Origin: Macrostomum hystrix
Taxonomy: Eukaryota; Animalia; Platyhelminthes
Length of the DNA: 64,000 nucleotides
Direction: 5' to 3'
Assembly: GCA_950097015.1 (NCBI GenBank)
Contig: CATNEN010000038.1
Coordinates: 14,632,001 to 14,696,000 of the forward strand
Shown here: positions 1 through 13,325 of the stretch, piece after piece
Layout: each line of letters begins with the position of its first letter
How positions within the stretch are numbered: the stretch's first letter is position 1
The notes under the pieces: generated by a model
Told to the model about the DNA's origin: nothing
Seen by the model: the letters and a program-made list of their open reading frames with translations, nothing else
Databases searched by the model: none
Program-made: the position numbers and the translations under genes

Positions 1-789
1 TACAAACGCTGAACAGTACTTTACTCTAGACCAGACCAGACAGGGCCAGGAAACTCATCAGCCATGCAGCAGTACTATGCTCCCTAGCCAATATACGAGT
101 ATACTTGCCTTTCAGACCGAAGCATGCAGAAGAAAAGAGCCGCAGAAAATTTCTGGTATCAATCATTTTATTCGCGGCATTCGACTCTTACAAGTATTTC
201 TCTCCTCTCTGTCTCCCCTATGTGTGTGCCGTTTTTTCCGACAGATGTCTGGCTTTGACAATCTTTTGTTATAAATTTATGTCTCCCCTAAGAAATAATA
301 TAAGACACATTAACTATGGAATATCAATCTATCATCATGAAAATCTCAAGTCCCTTCTCTATACGGTTAGCAGCCGAAGCTATACTCAAAGCAATGTACC
401 GCAAAAGTCAGGAAATGAGCGGAGCCAGCCGTAATAAACTAGCCATTAGTTTAGCCCAACTATGTAGAAGACAGGAAAGGAAGCAAAGGAACGATGCGTC
501 TCACATCCTAATAACACACCCGCGGGGAAAGAGAAAGATGGAACCTGATAAGATGGGAAAATACTGATTATGGGAGGCTAATTTAGTTGCACTCTCACTG
601 ACTATACCCACCCAACTATCCACCAGCTCTGTTCCTGGTGCGACAGATATTGGGAAAATAATCTGAGCACTTCTTATCCTTAGTAGGAGGTAAGGATGTT
701 GGGATTTATTATCTGCCTTCACATCATTCCCACACATCCTGCTCACACAACCTCTTTCCTCTCAACCCTTCTCACCTCACTTCATATTA

Positions 790-1510
790 ACACCTCTATT
801 CTCACCCTCTCTATTCTCACCCTCTCTATTCTCGCCCTCTCTATTCTCACTGTCTCAATTCTCATCCTATCTAATCTCACCCTCTCTATTCTCACCCTCT
901 CTTTTCTCACCCTCTCTATTCTCGCCCTCTCGATTCTCACCCTCTCGATTCTCACCCTCTCTATTCTCACCCTCTCTATTCTCACCCTCTCTTTTCTCAC
1001 CCTCTCTATTCTCACCCTCTCTATTCTCACACTCTCTATTCTCGCCGTCTCTATTCTCACCCTCTCTTTTCTCACCCTCTCTATTCTCGCCCTCTCGATT
1101 CTCACCCTCTCGATTCTCACCCTCTCTATTCTCACCCTCTCGATTCTCACCCTCTCTATTCTCACCCTCTCTATTCTCGCCCTCTCTATTCTCACCCTAT
1201 CAAATCTCACCCTCTCTATTCTCACCCTCTCTATTCTCACCCTCTCTATTCTCGCCCTCTCTATTCCCACTGTCTCTATTCTCATACTATCTAATCTTGC
1301 CCTCTCTATTCTGGCCCTCTCTATTCTCACCCTCTCTATTCTCATTATCTCTATTCTCACCCTCTCTATTCTCGCCCTCTCTATTATCACCCTCTCTATT
1401 CTCACCCTCTCTATTCTCACCCTATCAAATCTCACCCTCTCTATTCTCACCCTCTCTATTCTCACCGTCTCTATTCTCACTGTCTCTATTCTCACCCTCT
1501 GTCTACTCAC
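790..1510. repeat. 15-bp minisatellite (ATTCTCACCCTCTCT)n, ~48 copies
   Basis: Tandem unit visible directly; produces the spurious SILTL/RIERV ORFs. Confidence 0.95.
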
Positions 1511-1930
1511 CCATTCTCTCTCCTCTGTACTCTTTCTCAACTGGTCTCTAGCCCTTTTCTAATCTCTCCGTTGCCCCATTATTCTGATCTCCTTTACATT
1601 TCGCCAACAAGTTACAGTCGCATTATTCACCACACTGCTTTGTTAAACCACGCCCAACTTTTGAAGTTTTTTTAAGCTTGAAGCCTGAAAAAAACTTCAT
1701 TATCGAACAGCCACAATTGGAGCAAGAAATCAGTATTCCATCACTGAGTTTACATTTTTTAGATTTTATTGGGGATGGAAATTTTACACCCCATTGAAGC
1801 GAAAATAACAATACATTTTGCAACAGAATTCCTTGCCTTTTTCTATCATTATTTCTTACCTTTAACATATCAGTTCACTTCCACATCATCTTGAACTGTT
1901 CCGCTTCACTGTTTCCATCAGTGAACATTT

Positions 1931-3650
1931 GTGAACTGACAACTCCCCAATCTTCAGTGAACTGACAACTCCCCAATCTTCAGTGAACTGACAACTCCCC
2001 AATCTTCAGTGAACTGACAACTCCCCAATCTTTAGTGAACTGACATCTCCCCAATCTTCAGTGAACTGACATCTCCCCAATCTTCAGTGAACTGACAACT
2101 CCCCAATCTTCAGTGGACTGACAACTCCCCAATCTTCAGTGAACTGACATCTCCACAATCTTCAGTGGACTGACAACTCCCCAATCTTCAGTGAACTGAC
2201 ATCTCCCCAATCTTCAGTGAACTGACAACTCCCCAATCTTTAGTGAACTGACAACTCCCCAATCTTCTGTGAACTGACAACTCCCCAATCTTCAGTGAAC
2301 TGACATCTCCCCAATCTTCAGTGAACTGACATCTCCCCAATCTTCAGTGAACTGACAACTCCCCAATCTTCAGTGAACTGACATCTCCCCAATCTTCAGT
2401 GAACTGACAACTCCCCAATCTTTAGTGAACTGACAACTCCCCAATCTTCAGTGAACTGACAACTCCCCAATCTTCAGTGAACTGACATCTCCCCAATCTT
2501 CAGTGAACTGACATCTCCCCAATCTTCAGTGAACTGACAACTCCCCAATCTTTAGTGAACTGACAACTCCCCAATCTTCAGTGAACTGACATCTCCCCAA
2601 TCTTCAGTGAACTGACATCTCCCCAATCTTCAGTGAACTGACAACTCCCCAATCTTTAGTGAACTGACAACTCCCCAATCTTCAGTGAACTGACATCTCC
2701 CCAATCTTCAGTGAACTGACATCTCCCCAATCTTCAGTGAACTGACAACTCCCCAATCTTCAGTGAACTGACAACTCCCCAATCTTCAGTGAACTGACAT
2801 CTCCCCAATCTTCAATGAACTGACAACTCCCCAATCTTCAGTGAACTGACATCTCCCCAATCTTCAGTGAACTGACAACTCCCCAATCTTCAGTGAACTG
2901 ACATCTCCCCAATCTTCAGTGAACTGACAACTCCCCAATCTTTAGTGAACTGACAACTCCCCAATCTTCAGTGAACTGACAACTCCCCAATCTTCAGTGA
3001 ACTGACATCTCCCCAATCTTCAGTGAACTGACATCTCCCCAATCTTCAGTGAACTGACAACTCCCCAATCTTTAGTGAACTGACAACTCCCCAATCTTCA
3101 GTGAACTGACATCTCCCCAATCTTCAATGAACTGACAACTCCCCAATCTTCTGTGAACTGACAACTCCCCAATCTTCAGTGAACTGACATCTCCCCAATC
3201 TTCAGTGAACTGACATCTCCCCAATCTTCAGTGAACTGACAACTCCCCAATCTTCAGTGAACTGACATCTCCCCAATCTTCAGTGAACTGACAACTCCCC
3301 AATCTTTAGTGAACTGACAACTCCCCAATCTTCAGTGAACTGACAACTCCCCAATCTTCAGTGAACTGACATCTCCCCAATCTTCAGTGAACTGACATCT
3401 CCCCAATCTTCAGTGAACTGACAACTCCCCAATCTTTAGTGAACTGACAACTCCCCAATCTTCAGTGAACTGACATCTCCCCAATCTTCAGTGAACTGAC
3501 ATCTCCCCAATCTTCAGTGAACTGACAACTCCCAATCTTCAGTGAACTGACATCTCCCCAATCTTCAGTGAACTGACAACTCCTTAATCTTCAGTGAACT
3601 GACATCTCCCCAATCTTCAGTGAACTGACAACTCCCAATCTTCAGTGAAC
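1931..3650. repeat. 26-bp minisatellite (CAGTGAACTGACA[A/T]CTCCCCAATCTT)n, ~66 copies
   Basis: Period 26 measured (GTGAACTGAC at 1931 and 1957); same family as 7665-8588. Confidence 0.97.
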
Positions 3651-3669
3651 TATCATGTCTCCTGTGTCA

Positions 3670-3885
3670 GTTTATTCCCATTTTCCACCTCTCGGTCCTA
3701 AATTTCTTTCTTGACTCGCTGTTCGCTGTTCGAGCTTTCATAAATTGGTTCGCCCAACTTTCGTATTGTTTGTGGACTGTCACGCTATTCAGTGAAGTCA
3801 CCTCGCCTTTTCTTCCCACACCCTTGAGAATGTCGAGCCCGTGTATGGCTTCGGCCAATCGTCTTCGTTTAAGAAGCAGCGCGCG
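3670..3885 (-). mobile_element. possible decayed CR1/L2-clade LINE ORF2 3' fragment
   Basis: Minus-strand translation LKRRRLAEAIHGLDILKG...KARTANSESRKKFRTERW resembles the CR1-type ORF2 C-terminus (LEKRRLRGDLIEVYKILKG...RKNFFSxRV); recalled similarity, no search run. Confidence 0.35.
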
Positions 3886-4899
3886 ATGATGGCAAAGAAA
3901 AATAATTTAGTTGCTGGGCCTACGAGCCAGACTTGGGTTGGAGCTCACCTCCCAGCTCACCTCTCCCCTGCTGCTTTCCTCCTCATGGGATCGAGTGCAA
4001 CTGAGGCGAGAGAGTGATGGGGGAGAAGTGGAAGGAGAGAGATTGCGGCCTAGGGGGTGGTGGATTGTGTATTCGTGAATAGAGTGGTTCGAGAGTAAGG
4101 AAGAGAACAAATTTCATGAGCATAAAAATTGCGAACTGGCCGAATTGAGTCCGAAGTCTCGAGGGAACGGCTATATTTTGCTTTTGAACTCAAATTTTAC
4201 TCTGGCATAGTCTTACCTGACTCCCAGGTGAGGATAAATTACTGTCATTATAGCGATAAATTGTTTACCTAATGTTACTTACAACTGCACCCAGTGCTTG
4301 ACGACGATTGTTTTTCCAGCGCCGGTAAGGGTTGTTAACAAAAACAATCGTTGTCAAGAACAGCGGGCGCTGATTCGTTCCATTGGCTAGAATTTTAACG
4401 ATAATAGCCATAGACATAAATGCAATGCGCAAAAAATCATCTGGCACACACGCAGCTAGATATGCGTCTTTTTAGAAGAGTCCATAGTCTATGGTAGAAG
4501 TCAAAGCCAGAGGCCGTTGTCTTGAACTGAAAAAAACTACCGACAATGATCGTTTAAATGCTAAACACTTGAATTCGAGTGTAACTATCCGTTCTAAGAT
4601 CTTATTTAGATAAGGGTTTGAGTGTGAGTGAACGGTACCGTACAGTATTGTCTATGGCACAGATGGCATCAAGAACCTATTGTTGGGGAGAGAAAGGACT
4701 ATAGACTCTGACAAATAATAACTGCAACAACATCATTAAGCAATTAATACAAGCAATAAAACCGTCATTATCACTGCAATTGATTACAGGACTAACGCAA
4801 ACACTGTTCAGGACAGCACTACTGCATCTGAAAAGGTAATGGCTTATTGGACACACTATTTGTTTCTTTAAATTCAAGAAGTTGATTGATACAGGAAAA

Positions 4900-7270
4900 T
4901 TAGATAGATACACGGGAAGTAGATAGATACACGGGAAGTAGATAGATACACGAGAAGTAGATAGATACACGAGAAGTAGATAGATACACGAGAAGTAGAT
5001 AGATACACGGGAAGTAGATAGATACACGGGAAGTAGATAGATACACGGGAAGTAGATAGATACACGAGAAATAGATAGATACACGGGAGGTAGATAGTTA
5101 CACGGGAAGTAGATAGATACACGGGAAGTAGATAGATACACCAGAAGTAGATAGATACACGAGAAATAGATAGATACACGAGAAGTAGATAGATACACGA
5201 GAAGTAGATAGATACACGGGAAGTAGATAGATACACGGGAAGTAGATAGATACACGAGAAGTAGATAGATACACGAGAAGTAGATAGATACACGAGAAGT
5301 AGATAGATACACGAGAAGTAGATAGATACACGAGAAGTAGATAGATACACGAGAAGTAGATAGATACACGAGAAGTAGATAGATACACGGCAAGTAGATA
5401 GATACACAGGAAGTAGATAGATACACGGGAAGTAGATAGATACACGGGAGGTAGATAGATACACGAGAAGTAGATAGATACATGAGAAGTAGATAGATAC
5501 ACGGGAGGTAGATAGATACACGGGAAGTAGATAGATAAACGGGAGGTAGATATATACATGGGAAGTAGATAGATACACGGGAAGTAGGTAGATACACGAG
5601 AAGTAGATAGATAGACGAGAAGTAGATAGATACACGAGAAGTAGATAGATACACGAGAAGTAGATAGATACACGGGAGGTAGATAGATACACGAGAAGTA
5701 GATAGATACATGAGAAGTAGATAGATACACGGGAGGTAGATAGATACACGGGAAGTAGATAGATAAACGGGAGGTAGATATATACATGGGAAGTAGATAG
5801 ATACACGGGAAGTAGATAGATAAACGGGAAGTAGGTATGATACACGGGAAGTAGGTAGATACACGAGAAGTAGATAGATAGACGAGAAGTAGATAGATAC
5901 ACGAGAAGTAGATAGATACACGAGAAGTAGATAGATACACGAGAAGTAGATAGATACACGAGAAGTAGATAGATACACGAGAAGTAGATAGATACACGAG
6001 AAGTAGATAGATACACGAGAAGTAGATAGATACACGAGAAGTAGATAGATAGACGAGAAGTAGATAGATAGACGAGAAGTAGATAGATACACGAGAAGTA
6101 GATAGATACACGAGAAGTAGATAGATACACGAGAAGTAGATAGATACACGAGAAGTAGATAGATACACGAGAAGTAGATAGATACACGAGAAGTAGATAG
6201 ATACACGAGAAGTAGATAGATAGACGAGAAGTAGATAGATACACGAGAAGTAGATAGATACACGAGAAGTAGATAGATAGACGAGAAGTAGATAGATACA
6301 CGAGAAGTAGATAGATACACGAGAAGTAGATAGATACACGAGAAGTAGATAGATACACGAGAAGTAGATAGATACACGAGAAGTAGATAGATACACGAGA
6401 AGTAGATAGATACACGAGAAGTAGATAGATACACGAAAAGTAGATAGATACACGAGAAGTAGATAGATACACGAGAAGTAGATAGATACACGAGAAGTAG
6501 ATAGATACACGAGAAGTAGATAGATACACGAGAAGTAGATAGATACACGAGAAGTAGATAGATACACGAGAAGTAGATAGATACACGAGAAGTAGATAGA
6601 TACACGAGAAGTAGATAGATACACGAGAAGTAGATATATACACGAGAAGTAGATAGATACACGAGAAGTAGATATATACACGAGAAGTAGATAGATTCAC
6701 GAGAAGTAGGTCGATAAACGAGAAGTAGATAGATACACGAGAAGTAGATATATACACGAGAAGTAGATAGATTCACGAGAAGTAGGTCGATAAACGAGAA
6801 GTAGATAGATACACGAGAAGTAGATAGATACACGAGAAATAGATAGATACACGAAAAGTAGATAGATACACGAGAAGTAGATAGATACACGAGAAGTAGA
6901 TAGATACACGAGAAGTAGATAGATACACGAGAAGTAGATAGATACACGAGAAGTAGATAGATACACGAGAAGTAGATAGATACACGAGAAGTAGATAGAT
7001 ACACGAGAAGTAGATAGATACACGAGAAGTAGATAGATACACGAAACGTAGATGGATACACGAGAAGTAGATAGATACACGAAAAGTAGATAGATACACG
7101 AGAAGTAGATAGATACACGAGAAGTAGATAGATACACGAGAAGTAGATAGATACACGAGAAGTAGATAGATACACGAGAAGTAGATAGATACACGAGAAG
7201 TAGATAGATACACGAGAAGTAGATAGATACACGAGAAGTAGATAGATACACGAGAAGTAGATAGATACAG
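4900..7270. repeat. 19-bp minisatellite (GAAGTAGATAGATACACGA)n, ~125 copies
   Basis: Tandem unit visible; stop-free on the minus strand, giving false 500-870 aa ORFs. Confidence 0.97.
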
Positions 7271-7664
7271 GAGGAAAGAATTTCATTAATTAGTGACGCA
7301 CTTATTAACATCGATAGCTAGTCCAGGCAAACATACAACATTTTTGTTTGCTTAAAAATTCACTGATTGATTGGCCAGTTCAACTGAAGTCTCAGATGTA
7401 CTTTTATTTGGTTTTTCTATGGCCAGTTTGATCATTAGTTGCCTCCCCAGAGCCAAAACTCCCTCAAAAAAGACTTAATTTATTATCACCTTGCCTTCGA
7501 GAATAATTTTTTCTTGCAAAACTACCTTCTCCTACGAAAAATATTTCTAGGCTTTTTTTCTATTTTCCAAAGTCTCTTTGATTTTTTTTATCGATAAGTA
7601 ATCTACGTGATTAAAGGACCGAATTTCAATCAAATTTGTTTTAAACATCTGCTTTAAGAACCTT

Positions 7665-8588
7665 CATCTCCCCGATCTTCAGTGAACTGACATCTCCCCA
7701 ATCTTCAGTGAACTGACAACTCCCCAATCTTCAGTGAACTGACAACTCCCCAATCTTCAGTGAACTGACATCTCCCCAATCTTCAGTGAACTGACAACTC
7801 CCCAATCTTCAGTGAACTGACATCTCCCCAATCTTCAGTGAACTGACATCTCCCCAATCTTCAGTGAACTGAAAACTCCCCAATCTTCAGTGAACTGACA
7901 ACTCCCCAATCTTCAGTGAACTGACATCTCCCCAATCTTCAGTGAACTGAAAACTCCCCAATCTTCAGTGAACTGAAAACTCCCCAATCTTCAGTGAACT
8001 GACAACTCCCCAATCTTCAGTGAACTGACAACTCCCCAATCTTCAGTGAACTGAAAACTCCCCAATCTTCAGTGAACTGACAACTCCCCAATCTTCAGTG
8101 AACTGAAAACTCCCCAATCTTCAGTGAACTGAAAACTCCCCAATCTTCAGTGAACTGACAACTCCCCAATCTTCAGTGAACTGACAACTCCCCAATCTTC
8201 TGTGAACTGACATCTCCCCAATCTTCAGTGAACTGAAAACTCCCCAATCTTCAGTGAACTGACAACTCCCCAATCTTCAGTGAACTGAAAACTCCCCAAT
8301 CTTCAGTGAACTGACATCTCCCCAATCTTCAGTGAACTGACATCTCCCCAATCTTCAGTGAGCTGACATCTCCCCAATCTTCAGTGAACTGACATCTCCC
8401 CAATCTTCAGTGAGCTGACATCTCCCCAATCTTCAGTGAACTGACATCTCCCCAATCTTCAGTGAGCTGACAACTCCCCAATCTTCAGTGAACTGACATC
8501 TCCCCAATCTTCAGTGAGCTGACAACTCCCCAATCTTCAGTGAGCTGACATCTCCCCAATCTTCAGTGAACTGACATCTCCCCAATCT
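7665..8588. repeat. second array of the 26-bp CAGTGAACTGACAACTCCCCAATCTT minisatellite, ~35 copies
   Basis: Same unit and orientation as 1931-3650, with private variants (TGAAAACT, GTGAGCTG). Confidence 0.95.
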
Positions 8589-8616
8589 AAAATTGTTGCA
8601 TTTGGTTTTGCTTCAG

Positions 8617-8706
8617 GAGGTAACTGAAGCCGAGGTCAAGCAGTCCAACGGTAAAATCCATCAAAGTCACCCTGATACGCAAGATATGGACAAGCAGGAA
8701 GGCTTG
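8617..8706 (+). CDS. internal coding exon (EVTEAEVKQSNGKIHQSHPDTQDMDKQEGL), probably of the IQ/Glu-rich locus; upstream exon not identified
   Basis: ttggttttgcttcag acceptor, 90-nt open frame, ttg|gtaagc donor, phase 0-0, acidic composition like the downstream exons. Confidence 0.6.
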
Positions 8707-9029
8707 GTAAGCTCCGTGTTTTGTTCACTTACAGTTTCTAAAGCCTTGCAATAATTGTTTTAATCAGCTTAAATATACACATCGCCAAGCTAAATTTATC
8801 GTATTTAATATGCTCAGTGTTTTGCTAATTGCTTGTTTGCTTACTGTTGCAATCACTTACAAGCTTTCTTTTCAAAAACGTTTCTTCGTTTTTATCCAGT
8901 TTTCAAAATTTTAATCAAGTATAATTTAAAAATAATTATGCACAGCTGCCATACTAAAATCGAGACAGAAGTTAAAAATATGAAGTTCAAAAAACTTTAT
9001 AATAATTTTCCTTGTCAATCAAACCTTCC

Positions 9030-9235
9030 AGAATTGACTAGAACGGATTGACCGAAAGGTCGGGGGTTCGATTCCAGACTCCATTGGAAAAATTTGTGTC
9101 CCTTAGCGAGACATTTTAAATTTTCATTACTTTAGTGGGGTAATTTTAGTGAGGGTGGGTGTGGCGAACCCCCAGTCCATGGACTGAACAGCCGTACGCA
9201 GATGCGCGGCACAATAGCTGCGGCTGTAGCTGTCG
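9030..9235 (+). mobile_element. tRNA-derived SINE family B with CORE-like central domain
   Basis: B-box GGTTCGATTCC, then TTGTGTCCCTTAG..ACA.TTTAA core-like segment, then GGGTGGGTGTGGCG..CCCCAGTCCATGGACTGAACAGCCGTAC shared with 15770-15975 and 18455-18520. Confidence 0.7.
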
Positions 9236-9834
9236 GTTGCACTTCATGTCCACTTAGGCCAGGCGTAATATTATTTACGGAACGGGACATACCAGACAGT
9301 TTCCGACTGGTTTTAAACTTGTTCTAGTTTGAATCTGTCTAGAATCAAATTGAATAGCTGCATGGATCTAGTTGGACCGATCGCGCTGAATATCGGAGTG
9401 AAAATCTCGAGAATCGCATAAATATACGCATTTTTCTAATGACACCGAATGCAGCTAGGAATGAAAGTGCGTCCGATTCAACTCCCTAAACCTCTCTGAC
9501 AGGGGGGATGAAACCCATTGCACGAAGACACTTTAGACTGACTTTCGGAAATTAGTTCAGCCGTGGATCATAACGCTTTCACTTACCTTCGTACGAACTT
9601 TGACTGGCCCCAACCACCCTCTGACCCCCCTCCGGAGCTGTTCATGGGACGGCAGCAGCAAACAGCAACCAACACACAAAACACTCCCCTATGTGTGTGT
9701 GTGTGTATTCCAGCTAGTGCTGATGCACTTTTATCTGCACAGTCTCCCCTTTGCACAGTAGGCAGAAACAAAACCGTGTTGGAAACATTACAATGGGTGG
9801 CTGGGATTCTGTACAGCTGAATCCCAAACGGAAC

Positions 9835-9866
9835 TATATAAATCCTGTAAATGAAGACTTACCAGT
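9835..9866 (+). promoter_or_regulatory. TATA box (TATATAAA 9835-9842) with Inr-like CCAGT ~29 nt downstream
   Basis: Canonical -30 spacing, ~25 nt upstream of ATG 9890; no polypyrimidine acceptor before this exon. Confidence 0.5.
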
Positions 9867-9889
9867 GCCGGTAGGGCCCAAGCTGCAGA

Positions 9890-10807
9890 ATGTTGTCGCT
9901 AATCAAAGGCATTGGCAACGTACTGGGACTTCGGCGACCGTCCTCAGCAGCAGCCGCGTCTTCTCCTGGGCCGGCAAGAAGTTCAACTAGACAGCAGCAG
10001 AAGACATCGATTAAAACTCGTAGACCCATCAGCGAAGCATCGCGAACAGAGCAGCAGCAATCGAAATCTGTCAGATTCAGCGGTCAGCTGACTGACGATG
10101 GCACCGAAGCTCAGCCTCTAGTGAGAGTATCCGCCGAAGCTACTCAAACTTTCACAGTCGCTGTCGAAGACTATGACAACCTGGAGCAGGCCGCACAAGT
10201 CGGAGCTGTCAGCGATGATCCCGACAAAGACTCTTCTCCCGCGCCACGTCTGACCTCCGAGCTGTCGATGACCAACTGCTCTGACTGCTGTGAGCACAAC
10301 GAAGAGTCACTCAACGCTACAGACTTCTCCGAGCAGATAAATTCTGAGCAGTATCCATCGCTTGAGCTGAGCAACCAGCTCGGCGTGCGTCACGTGACTT
10401 CAAACTTCGACCGGCTGCCGTACCAGGGCGCGCACTGGCTGATGCAGCAGCAGCTGATGGATGAAGAGCAACGCCTGCAAGATCTGAGACAGCTGCAGGA
10501 GGAGCAAAAGGAGGAGGAGCTCAGGATCTACATGGAGGAGCTGGGCGCGAATGAGCAGCAGTTGAGCAGTGTCGTCCGAGATAACGAACCGTCTTGCCAG
10601 ATGGTGCGGTCAATTCCGGTTCAACTCTCCGTCACCCGTGAGCATCTGTCTGAGTCGTATGACAATGAAACGTCGGCTGCTAACGATGCTGCTCACGAAG
10701 GTCATAAAAACAAATCGGAAAACTCGATAGAAGACAGTGCTGCTAAGACTTTAGAGCAAGCTCCTATGGACAATTCTGTCAGCGGCTTCACAGATGAACA
10801 GAAAATG
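9890..10807 (+). CDS. apparent first coding exon, 306 aa, acidic and low-complexity with a Q/E coiled-coil segment; N-terminus MLSLIKGIGNVLGLRR
   Basis: Non-repetitive long ORF; atg|gtaagt phase-0 donor at 10807 joins in frame to the IQ exon. Confidence 0.8.
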
Positions 10808-10969
10808 GTAAGTGCTAAAAGAAACTCATAGTACACATCGGTTCTAAATTCTGTTCTTCTGGTCTGTATTGATTAAAATGCAACCTTATAGTCCTATGGT
10901 TAGAGCTTTAGATCTATGACCGAGTTTCTATTCTACTCCATCAATTACTGACCTATACAGGTTATTGCA

Positions 10970-11225
10970 GGCCACATTAAATTGGGGCGCAGCCGCGGAG
11001 AGAAGGCTTGGGGGCTTGTCCTGCAATTTTCGCCCTTGAGGGCCAACCTCCAAGGCACAGTGAGAGTGTACACTGCCTGACGATGAGAAAGTCAGGGCAG
11101 ATGTACACACCTGTGTGAGCGTGTGCCTGCGTACAGTATCTGTGCGTGTGCTCAGTAGTCAGTGAAATGGGCAGAATTGCCTCCTCGCTGGCTGCTGATC
11201 GTTTGTCTCCAAATGATGTGCCAGT
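10970..11225 (+). mobile_element. SINE family A, 5'-truncated copy
   Basis: Near-identical to 40151-40501, 61222-61545 and reverse complement of 18095-18402 (GGCCAACCTCCAAGGCACAGTGAGAGTGTACACTGCCTGACGATGAGAAAGTCAGG...). Confidence 0.85.
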
Positions 11226-11296
11226 GTCTACAATGTTGTTCAAAGCAGAATCCAATCTATATACTTGAGATGTACTTGAACTTTGCAACATTTCAG

Positions 11297-11389
11297 GAAG
11301 CCGCAATCACAATACAGGCGCATTTGAAGGGCTTCCTAACTAGAAAGACTGTTAACAGTGGCTGCCAACGAAACCAGTGTGACGTGCAT
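11297..11389 (+). CDS. exon encoding a canonical IQ calmodulin-binding motif (EAAITIQAHLKGFLTRK)
   Basis: tttcag acceptor, cat|gtaagt donor, 93 nt phase 0-0; matches IQxxxRGxxxRK consensus with K for R. Confidence 0.85.
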
Positions 11390-11630
11390 GTAAGTTTTCA
11401 GTGGCAAGCAATGAACAGTAGATAAACCACACTATTTTCCCCCAGGCAAAAGACCGTTGGGTAATTTCAAACATTGCCTTTTTACTGTTCAGGTCAGCTA
11501 TTAGCGCATAAAACATTATGAGCTAGCTTGTAGTTCAGGTCCGATGATAAGCAGACACTCCGGTAGAGAATGTGGGAGTTTTGAATCCGATCGTGAATTA
11601 ACAGTTTAAATTTTCCGCTATCAATTGCAG

Positions 11631-11819
11631 ATGATGGACCTTGCGTCCCGAGCCAAGCAGCAACGGTTAAATAGCAGCGACAATAGTAAAGAATTTGAGC
11701 ACCGTTGCTCAACGCATCAGGCGTTGGGAGTCATTCAATTGAGCGACTCATTCTACGATCTGTGCTCATGCTGCTGCCGAGATCAGTCTGAGATTTCGTG
11801 TGAAAAATCAACAGAGTTA
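11631..11819 (+). CDS. coding exon with Cys cluster (DLCSCCCRD)
   Basis: aattgcag acceptor, open frame, tta|gtgagt phase-0 donor (alternative aga|gttagt at 11815). Confidence 0.6.
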
Positions 11820-11894
11820 GTGAGTGCTGTCAATGAGACCCCTAAGAGAATTTTAATAGTATGAAACTCTAATCGTTGTTAAGAGTCGTAAATA

Positions 11895-13325
11895 CGTCCA
11901 GAAGTTAAGGAACTGGGTCTAAGACTTTAAATGGTCCGAAGCTTCAATCGTTGTTAAGACGTCCAGAAGTTAAGGAACTGGGTCTAAGACTTTAAATGGT
12001 CCGAAGCTTCAATCGTTGTTAAGACGTCCAGAAGTTAAGGAACTGGGTCTAAGACTTTAAATGGTCCGAAGCTTCAATCGTTGTTAAGACGTCCAGAAGT
12101 TAAGGAACTGGGTCTAAGACTTTAAATGGTCCGAAGCTTCAATCGTTGTTAAGACGTCCAGAAGTTAAGGAACTGGGTCTAAGACTTTAAATGGTCCGAA
12201 GCTTCAATCGTTGTTAAGACGTCCAGAAGTTAAGGAACTGGGTCTAAGACTTTAAATGGTCCGAAGCTTCAATCGTTGTTAAGACGTCCAGAAGTTAAGG
12301 AGCTGGGTCTAAGACTTTAAATGGTCCGAAGCTTCAATCGTTGTTAAGACGTCCAGAAGTTAAGGAACTGGGTTTAAGACTTTAAATGGTCCGAAGCTTC
12401 AATCGTTGTTAAGACGTCCAGAAGTTAAGGAACTGGGTCTAAGACTTTAAATGGTCTGAAGCTTCAATCGTTGTTAAGACGTCCAGAAGTTAAGGAACTG
12501 GGTCTAAGACTTTAAATGGTCCGAAGCTTCAATCGTTGTTAAGACGTCCAGAAGTTAAGGAACTGGGTCTAAGACTTTAAATGGTCTGAAGCTTCAATCG
12601 TTGTTAAGACGTCCAGAAGTTAAGGAACTGGGTCTAAGACTTTAAATGGTCTGAAGCTTCAATCGTTGTTAAGACGTCCAGAAGTTAAGGAACTGGGTCT
12701 AAGACTTTAAATGGTCCGAAGCTTCAATCGTTGTTAAGACGTCCAGAAGTTAAGGAACTGGGTCTAAGACTTTAAATGGTCTGAAGCTTCAATCGTTGTT
12801 AAGACGTCCAGAAGTTAAGGAACTGGGTCTAAGACTTTAAATGGTCTGAAGCTTCAATCGTTGTTAAGACGTCCAGAAGTTAAGGAACTGGGTCTAAGAC
12901 TTTAAATGGTCTGAAGCTTCAATCGTTGTTAAGACGTCCAGAAGTTAAGGAGCTGGGTTTAAGACTTTAAATGGTCCGAAGCTTCAATCGTTGTTAAGAC
13001 GTCCAGAAGTTAAGGAACTGGGTCTAAGACTTTAAATGGTCTGAAGCTTCAATCGTTGTTAAGACGTCCAGAAGTTAAGGAACTGGGTCTAAGACTTTAA
13101 ATGGTCCGAAGCTTCAATCGTTGTTAAGACGTCCAGAAGTTAAGGAACTGGGTTTAAGACTTTAAATGGTCCGAAGCTTCAATCGTTGTTAAGACGTCCA
13201 GAAGTTAAGGAACTGGGTCTAAGACTTTAAATGGTCCGAAGCTTCAATCGTTGTTAAGACGTCCAGAAGTTAAGGAACTGGGTCTAAGACTTTAAATGGT
13301 CCGAAGCTTCAATCGTTGTTAAGAG
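11895..13325. repeat. 65-bp tandem repeat, ~22 nearly identical copies
   Basis: Unit CGTCCAGAAGTTAAGGAACTGGGTCTAAGACTTTAAATGGTCCGAAGCTTCAATCGTTGTTAAGA; period 65 measured. Confidence 0.97.

Noticed and set aside
696-1562. SILTL / RIERV pentapeptide ORFs
   Set aside because: 15-bp repeat open on both strands with no gene context
4677-7311. 869/627/527-aa hydrophobic ORFs
   Set aside because: Artefact of a stop-free 19-bp minisatellite cycling through all frames
11065-11110. Hammerhead ribozyme in SINE A (CTGACGA...GAAA GTC)
   Set aside because: Only 3 nt lie between CUGACGA and GAAA (no stem II), there is no stem III, and the base after GUC does not pair into stem I; the sequence folds more simply as a plain hairpin
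11895-13325. CRISPR-like array
   Set aside because: Units are head-to-tail with no unique spacers; eukaryotic intron context and no cas genes
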